Shown one piece after another: positions 58,123 through 64,000 of a DNA stretch of 64,000 nucleotides (within the stretch, counting starts at the first letter, position 1; each line of letters begins with the position of its first letter). Both the position numbers and the translations under genes were made by a program. Source of the DNA: Burkholderiales bacterium (GTDB taxonomy: Bacteria; Pseudomonadota; Gammaproteobacteria; Burkholderiales; JBDZVW01); assembly GCA_035700525.1 (NCBI GenBank), contig DASSON010000187.1, forward strand, positions 4 through 64,003. The letters run 5' to 3'. The notes beneath the pieces are model-generated. The model was not told the origin of the DNA, ran no database searches, and saw only the letters and a list, made by a program, of their open reading frames with translations.

Positions 58123-58965
58123 TTACAGGTGGCGCAGGCGCGGATTGAGCGCGTCATTCAACCCGTCGCCGACCAGGTTGATCGCGAGCACCGTAAGCAG
58201 AATCGCAACGCCAGGAATCGCACACAGCCACCAGGCTCTTTGCAGAAAATCACGCGCCGCCCCCACCATGAAGCCCCAGCTCATTACATTCGGATCGCTC
58301 AGACCGAGAAAGGATAGTGCCGACTCAGTCAGGATCGCGGTAGCGACCATCAGTGAACCGGTGACGATGATCGTCGACAGACAGTTCGGCAGGATGTGAA
58401 CGACGATCACCCGCAGATCGGTCATCCCCATGGCGATGCACGCCTGCACAAATTCCCGGTTGCGCATCGCCTGGAACTCGCCGCGCACCAGACGTGCCAT
58501 TGGCGGCCAGGAAACGACCGCGATCGCAAGAATGACGCTCTCGATCGACGGGCTCAGAATCGCAACGACCAGAATCGCGAAAATGAACGAAGGGATTGTC
58601 TGGAAAATCTCGGTCAGCCGCATTAGTACTTCATCAACGACGCCGCCGTAATATCCCGCAACACCGCCCATCAACACCCCGAGGAGTGTGGCAAACACTG
58701 TGGCGACCAGCCCGATCAACAATGAGGTGCGTGCACCATAGATGATCCCGGCCAATTCGTCGCGACCCAGCATGTCGGTGCCAAGCAGATAATGGCCGAA
58801 CGGCGGCAGAAACGGCCGTCCAGCCAATGCAAACGGGCTTTCCTGATACCAGGTCGGCCCCGCGATTGCCGCGATCACGATGATGATGAGGATAGCCAAT
58901 CCGATGAGCGCCGCACGGTTGCGGCTGAAACGCCGGAAAAACTCAATGATGTCGGCGCGCTTCAT
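58123..58965 (-). CDS. peptide/nickel-type ABC permease (DppC-like)
   Basis: 280 aa, multi-TM, operon context. Confidence 0.85.
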   Translation of the reverse strand: MKRADIIEFFRRFSRNRAALIGLAILIIIVIAAIAGPTWYQESPFALAGRPFLPPFGHYLLGTDMLGRDELAGIIYGARTSLLIGLVATVFATLLGVLMGGVAGYYGGVVDEVLMRLTEIFQTIPSFIFAILVVAILSPSIESVILAIAVVSWPPMARLVRGEFQAMRNREFVQACIAMGMTDLRVIVVHILPNCLSTIIVTGSLMVATAILTESALSFLGLSDPNVMSWGFMVGAARDFLQRAWWLCAIPGVAILLTVLAINLVGDGLNDALNPRLRHL

Positions 58966-59948
58966 CGCAGCTGAATCCGTGGGTCGAGAAAGGTATAAAT
59001 TACGTCGACCAATATGTTAACGAAAATGACGAGGCAGGCGGCGATGAAAAAGATCCCCAGCAGCAGATTGAGGTCGCGCGCGAACAGAGCCCTGAACGCG
59101 AGCAGCCCGATCCCAGGCCATCCGAATACAGTCTCCACCACCACCGAGCCGCCGAGCAGATTGCCGATCTGCACGCCCGCCATCGTCACCACCGGGAGAC
59201 AGGCGTTACGCAGAACATGCCGAAAGGTTATTGCATTTTCGGTCAGCCCTTTCGAGCGTGCGGTGACCACGTAGTCCATGCCGCTCTGCTCCAGCATTGA
59301 GGCGCGCATAAGGCGGACATAGAGCGCCATGTAAAACAGCGATAGCGTAATCGCCGGCAAGATAAGATGCCGGATCACATCTCCCACCAGCTGCCATCCG
59401 GCATAAAACGCCGAGATATTCGTCATGCCGCTGGTAGGGAGCCACCCGAGATGGATGGAGAACAACAGGATCAGCATGAGGCCGACCCAGAACAATGGGG
59501 TCGCGTACGAAACCAGCGCGAATACCGAAATCACATTATCGCGAAACGAGTTGGGGCGAGTACCGGCAAACAGGCCAAGCAGAACGCCAACGCCAATCGA
59601 GAGCACGATGGTGGTGCCCATCAGCAGCAGTGTCGGCCCCAGCCGCTGCAGGATCAGTTCCCGCACCGGCATGCCGTCGCGAAACGAATAACCAAAATTA
59701 AGAGTAACGACATTCTTCAGGTAATCGACGTACTGGAGGTAAAGCGGCTTGTCGAGTCCGAACTCGTGCCGCAGGAACGCCATGTATTGCGGCGTTGCCG
59801 AACCTGCTTCCCCGGCCAGCACATCAGCGGCGTTGCCCGGTGCAAGATGCACCAGCATAAAATTCAGACTGACGATCACCAAGATCGTCGGTACCGCCTG
59901 CAGTAGCCGGCGTACGACGTAAAAAGCGCGCTCAGTGACGAGGCCCAT
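58962..59948 (-). CDS. peptide/nickel-type ABC permease (DppB-like)
   Basis: 328 aa, multi-TM, with the conserved C-terminal DPRI motif (FLDPRIQLR). Confidence 0.85.
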   Translation of the reverse strand: MGLVTERAFYVVRRLLQAVPTILVIVSLNFMLVHLAPGNAADVLAGEAGSATPQYMAFLRHEFGLDKPLYLQYVDYLKNVVTLNFGYSFRDGMPVRELILQRLGPTLLLMGTTIVLSIGVGVLLGLFAGTRPNSFRDNVISVFALVSYATPLFWVGLMLILLFSIHLGWLPTSGMTNISAFYAGWQLVGDVIRHLILPAITLSLFYMALYVRLMRASMLEQSGMDYVVTARSKGLTENAITFRHVLRNACLPVVTMAGVQIGNLLGGSVVVETVFGWPGIGLLAFRALFARDLNLLLGIFFIAACLVIFVNILVDVIYTFLDPRIQLR

Positions 59949-59987
59949 AAACGGCTCCGAGAGCCCCGCCGAAACCTGAAGTCAAAC

Positions 59988-61691
59988 CTATGCGCTGAGC
60001 CAAGCCTGATTGAATGGCGAATAAGCTCCGAGCGGACTCACCGTCAGATCCTTGTATTTTGTGCTGTACACCGTAACGAAATGCAGCTCGGACACCCAAA
60101 TCAGCGGCGCCGCCTCGACCACCAACTGCTGGAATTTGTGATAGAGCGCGGCCCGCTTGACGGGATCGATTTCCACCGCCGCCGCCTTCATCAGCTTGTC
60201 GGTTTCCGGGCTGCTCCATCCCGAGTCATTGACGAATACCGTGCCCTTCCTGATCGACCAGGAGGAATAGAGCCGGTCGACGCCGATCACCGGGTCGGCA
60301 AGGGTCTGGATCCAGTTCGAGGTAAGTTGAAAATTGTAATCCGTGTAGATGCGGCGCAGCCACGTCGGAACGTCCTCGTAGCGCAAAGTTGCCTTGATGC
60401 CGATTTTGGCGAGTGCTTGTTTCGTGTACTCGCCAAAGCGCTTCCACTCGTCGCCATAGGGTGTGACGTCATGAACAATTTCAAAGCGTGTGCCGTCGGA
60501 CTTTCTCGGGTAGCCCGCTTCATCCAGCAATTTGTTGGCAACCTCGGCGCCGTTAGGCACGTTGTAGTTCTTGACTTTCGACGTATAGAATCCATTGGCT
60601 GCAAAATTGGAGTTGATCGGCCCCGTGGCAGGTTTACCGAATCCAAACCAAACGTTGTCGATCACGAACTTGCGGTCTATGGCATACGAAATCGCCTGCC
60701 GTACTCTGACGTCGTCGAACGGCTTTACACGGGTATTGAAATCCAATTCGATGATCGGCGACTGCATTTCGTAGCCTTTGGTGGTAGCAGCGAGCCCAGG
60801 GATCTTGGTGAGCCGGGAGACATCGGAATAAGGAATCGCCGCGAACCCGCCGTAATTGATCTCACCGCTCTGCATTGCCGCGCTGCGTGTCTGTCCACTG
60901 GCGATGAAACGCGCAACGACCCGATCGAGGTGCGGTTCGCCGGCACGCCAGTATTCCGGATTACGATCAAAGCGCATGTACTGGCCACGTTTCCATTCAA
61001 CGAATTTGAAAGGGCCCGTACCAATCGGATTGTTGGCGTACTTGCTATTTCGAATATCGGTTCCGGAGAAGAGATGCTTGGGGACAATCGGAGATTCATA
61101 CCCCGACAGCGCCATCATCATGTAGGGCGCCGGCGTGCTGAGGTGGAATACTGCAGTATGCGCGTCCGGGGTGTCGATTGCCTCCAGCATCTTGAAAGTG
61201 TTGATGCCGCGCGGGTGATATTTCTTCAGCACTTCCATGATCCCGAATTGAACATCAGCGCTTGTGAAAGGCTTTCCATCATGGAACTTGACCTTCTCGC
61301 GCAACTTGAATGTGATCGTCTTGCCATCCGAACTGACGTTCCACGATGTAGCGAGGCTTGGAATCGGTTTCAGATTGAAGTCGTACTCGCAAAGCCCGTC
61401 GTACACTTTGGATGAAACTTCTCCGATGGGGCCGGAAGTGCTGATATACGAGGCGAGCGTTGGCGGTTCCGGTTGTACGTCCATCACCAAGGTGCCGCCT
61501 TTTTTCGGTTTGCCGCCAGCCGATTCGCCGGCCGCCCACGCGGCATTGAACGGCAGACCTCCGATACCCGCTGCCAGCCCGATCGCTCCGGTAGCTTGAA
61601 TGAATTGACGGCGGTTGATTATGAAGCTTGTATTTTTCTCTTCCGGAGCAGCGTCGAGAACTTTTCCTTTTCGCGCATCATGATCTGCCAT
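59988..61691 (-). CDS. family 5 (DppA/OppA-like) periplasmic binding protein with Tat-type signal
   Basis: 567 aa with NRRQFIQATGAIGLAAG. SD GGAGGAG before the ATG. Confidence 0.85.
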   Translation of the reverse strand: MADHDARKGKVLDAAPEEKNTSFIINRRQFIQATGAIGLAAGIGGLPFNAAWAAGESAGGKPKKGGTLVMDVQPEPPTLASYISTSGPIGEVSSKVYDGLCEYDFNLKPIPSLATSWNVSSDGKTITFKLREKVKFHDGKPFTSADVQFGIMEVLKKYHPRGINTFKMLEAIDTPDAHTAVFHLSTPAPYMMMALSGYESPIVPKHLFSGTDIRNSKYANNPIGTGPFKFVEWKRGQYMRFDRNPEYWRAGEPHLDRVVARFIASGQTRSAAMQSGEINYGGFAAIPYSDVSRLTKIPGLAATTKGYEMQSPIIELDFNTRVKPFDDVRVRQAISYAIDRKFVIDNVWFGFGKPATGPINSNFAANGFYTSKVKNYNVPNGAEVANKLLDEAGYPRKSDGTRFEIVHDVTPYGDEWKRFGEYTKQALAKIGIKATLRYEDVPTWLRRIYTDYNFQLTSNWIQTLADPVIGVDRLYSSWSIRKGTVFVNDSGWSSPETDKLMKAAAVEIDPVKRAALYHKFQQLVVEAAPLIWVSELHFVTVYSTKYKDLTVSPLGAYSPFNQAWLSA

Positions 61692-62045
61692 TTGACTCCT
61701 CCAAAGTTGTCGTTTCGCAGATTGACCGCCGCGCTCTGATACTGATTTTGCACGCGGCAGGATGTACCCCGGCGCACCTGCGCCGCACTACGATCAACAC
61801 GTGGTTACTGGCAAGGCGCTCCTCGATTCTTCGCCGCAATCACAACACGAATCGTCGGGCGATCTTCTTTGCTATCCAGGAACCGGAAACAGCACGAAGC
61901 GGAACCGCTTTTGAATGTTGTTCGACTCTACGAGAAGAAAGATAAAAACTCAAGATTCAGACGTCGCCGGATCAAAAGTTCCGCATGCTTCATCAATACG
62001 ATTTATCGCGTCTCAAAGACATTCTATGACGTCTTATTGCAGTCT

Positions 62046-62945
62046 TCACACTCTTCCCTTCCACGGCACCAGCGAATGCTCGATATAGCGCATCAGCAGA
62101 TCGAAGCCGAACGCGAACAGGCCGATCACGATGATGCCCATGATCACGGTGTCGCTCTGCAGATATTGCGCGGCATTGAGCACCATGAAGCCGAGGCCGC
62201 GCGTCGCGGCGACCATTTCGGCCGCGACCAGCGTGGTCCAGCCGAAGCCGATGCCGATGCGCATGCCGGTCAGAATTTCGGGCAGCGCCGCCTTCAGGAT
62301 CACATGCCAGATGATCTGGAAACGGGTCGCCCCCATTGCGTACGCAGCATGGATCTGTTCGATCGATACCGAGCGCACGCCGGCGCGCGCCGATATCGCC
62401 ATCGGCGCGAAGATCGCCAGGAAGATCAGCAGAATCTTCGACAACTCGCCGATACCGAACCAGATGATGACGAGCGGCAGGTAGGCCAGCGGCGGCAACG
62501 GGCGGTAGAACTCGATCGGCGGGTCGAAGATGCCGCGAATTACGCGATTGGTGCCCATCAGGATGCCGATTGGAATCGCCGTCACGCACGACAGAAAGAA
62601 CGCACCGAACACGCGCGACAAGCTGGTCAACGTGTGCTGCAGCAGCGTTGAATTGGCCACGCCTTCGGTGGCGGCGACCACGAATTTGCCCCACACCGCC
62701 TGCGGCGACGGCAGGAACAGCGGCTTGATCCAGCCCATGTTGGTGATGATGAACCAGGCGGCGATTAGTGCGATCGTTGTCACGATGCTGATCGTCGTAC
62801 TCTTGCCCTGGCCGGGCGCGCCGTAAACCTGCCCCGGCGCCGCGGCCTTGCTGGTGAAAATCCGCGCGAACAGGGTGGGCGGCGCGCTGGCGGACGGCAC
62901 CTGAACCACGCCCGCTTTGGACGACGGTAACTTCGGTTTAAACAT
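62046..62945 (-). CDS. ABC transporter permease (NitT/TauT family, TauC/SsuC-like)
   Basis: Inside ORF 62046..62984. ATG at 62945 overlaps the upstream stop by 8 nt. Confidence 0.85.
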   Translation of the reverse strand: MFKPKLPSSKAGVVQVPSASAPPTLFARIFTSKAAAPGQVYGAPGQGKSTTISIVTTIALIAAWFIITNMGWIKPLFLPSPQAVWGKFVVAATEGVANSTLLQHTLTSLSRVFGAFFLSCVTAIPIGILMGTNRVIRGIFDPPIEFYRPLPPLAYLPLVIIWFGIGELSKILLIFLAIFAPMAISARAGVRSVSIEQIHAAYAMGATRFQIIWHVILKAALPEILTGMRIGIGFGWTTLVAAEMVAATRGLGFMVLNAAQYLQSDTVIMGIIVIGLFAFGFDLLMRYIEHSLVPWKGRV

Positions 62946-63765
62946 GTACCGCCTCCGGCACGGTCTCCACCGCTTTCTCGTCACCGTAAATGATGCCGAG
63001 CACTTTCTCGCGCATCGCGATGAAATCCGGACTCGATTTCACGGCACGGGCGTCGCGGCATTCGAGATAGCGGCGGTTGAAGTCGAGCGAGTAGGTATCG
63101 GTGATGCGTCCCGGCCGCGGCGACATGACGACGATGCGCGTGCCGAGAAACAGCGCCTCCTCGACACTGTGCGTGATGAAGAAGAACATTTTCCCGGTCT
63201 TCTGCCAGACGTCGAGCAGCAGTTCCTGGATGGTCTCGCGCGTCAGTGCATCGAGCGCCGCCATTGGCTCGTCCATCAGCAGCGTCGCCGGGTTGCAGGT
63301 GAGCGCGCGCGCGATGCCGACGCGCTGCTGCATGCCGCCCGACAGCTGGTAGATCATGTGGCGATGAAAATCCTGCAGTCCGACCAGCGCCAGATTGCGG
63401 GCAGCGAGTTCGCGCCGCTCGCGCTTCGGCACGCCCTGCAGTTTCAGGCCGAACGCGGTGTTCTCCATGACGTTGAGCCACGGCAGCAGCGCGTGCTTTT
63501 GAAACACCACGCCGCGGTCGGAGCCGGGACCGGTGATCTGCCGGCTGCCGAGGCGCAATTCGCCGCCTGACGGCGACAGGAATCCCGCCATCAGATTCAG
63601 CAGCGTGGTCTTGCCGCAGCCCGATGCACCCAGCGCGACGACGAAATCGCCGTTGTTGACGGTCAGCGAAACGTTGTCCAGCGCATGGACCTGCTCACCC
63701 GCACGGCGCCCCGGAAAGGTGACGCTGACGCCGTCGACATATAACGCTTCGGTCTGCGCAGCCAT
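62938..63765 (-). CDS. ABC transporter ATP-binding protein (NitT/TauT family, TauB/SsuB-like)
   Basis: Inside ORF 62938..63771. ATG at 63765 is preceded by [31 protein letters not shown]. Confidence 0.9.
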   Translation of the reverse strand: MAAQTEALYVDGVSVTFPGRRAGEQVHALDNVSLTVNNGDFVVALGASGCGKTTLLNLMAGFLSPSGGELRLGSRQITGPGSDRGVVFQKHALLPWLNVMENTAFGLKLQGVPKRERRELAARNLALVGLQDFHRHMIYQLSGGMQQRVGIARALTCNPATLLMDEPMAALDALTRETIQELLLDVWQKTGKMFFFITHSVEEALFLGTRIVVMSPRPGRITDTYSLDFNRRYLECRDARAVKSSPDFIAMREKVLGIIYGDEKAVETVPEAVHV

Positions 63766-63833
63766 GTGCACTCCTTCGTTCGCGCAGACGGGTCACACAT
63801 CCGCCTGCTGACACAACGGCAATCGTGACGGGT

Positions 63834-64000
63834 TTACTGTTTCGCGGCGGCCTCCGCGTACTTCGCGGTCACGTAAGGACTGTAGTCCGGCAATATATGA
63901 TCGATCTGCCGTTGCGACTTCAGGAACTTGGCGCTTGCGGCGAACGCACCTACCGCCTTCCCGTTCTTGCCGCCGCCCAGCCACGTCGGCGAAATCTGTT
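63834..64000 (-). CDS. 3' end of a probable NitT/TauT-family binding-protein gene (truncated by the window edge)
   Basis: Hand translation of the minus strand gives an open frame ending ...GGGKNGKAVGAFAASAKFLKSQRQIDHILPDYSPYVTAKYAEAAAKQ with TAA at 63834..63836. The position upstream of tauB/tauC-like genes suggests the binding protein. It is absent from the ORF track because no start lies in the window. Confidence 0.5.
   Translation of the reverse strand, partial: QISPTWLGGGKNGKAVGAFAASAKFLKSQRQIDHILPDYSPYVTAKYAEAAAKQ

Overview
High-GC chromosomal segment. The gene order rpoE-rseA-rseB-degP-lepA-lepB-rnc-era-recO-pdxJ-acpS-nagZ looks betaproteobacterial (taxon is inference only). I call about 57 CDS and one tRNA-Leu(UAA). 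(1) 0.1-1.2 kb: a Cys-free DksA/TraR-like gene, a small membrane protein and the tRNA. (2) 1.2-18.5 kb: an accessory metabolic block with three divergent MmgE/PrpD paralogs, an Fe3+/polyamine-type ABC importer with two paralogous binding proteins, a family III CoA-transferase, an MDR oxidoreductase, AhpD-like and acyl-CoA-dehydrogenase-fold genes, and an NrtA/TauT-type ABC importer. (3) 18.5-39.7 kb: housekeeping genes (ppc, pgsA, uvrC, UDG, efp, a CDF exporter, nagZ through rpoE, nadB). (4) 39.9-64 kb: an osmoprotectant ABC system, a 1187-aa fused Nfn/SudAB-like iron-sulfur flavoprotein, a six-gene Mrp/Pha antiporter operon, an amidohydrolase-COG0523-amidase-Dpp cluster, and a second TauABC-like operon cut by the window end. 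I found no defence, secretion, phage, CRISPR or transposase-bearing system, and no run of hypothetical genes that would suggest a new multi-gene system. The least-explained signals are non-coding. Two families of long imperfect palindromic intergenic elements abut or overlap start and stop codons; one forms a ~190-nt hairpin between rnc and era that buries the only plausible era start codon. A ~440-bp repeat region bounded by 17-bp inverted repeats has rewritten the 3' end of the large oxidoreductase gene. A strongly SD-led 28-codon upstream ORF is stop/start-coupled to the amidohydrolase gene. All functional calls rest on motif recognition in the supplied translations; no database search was run.
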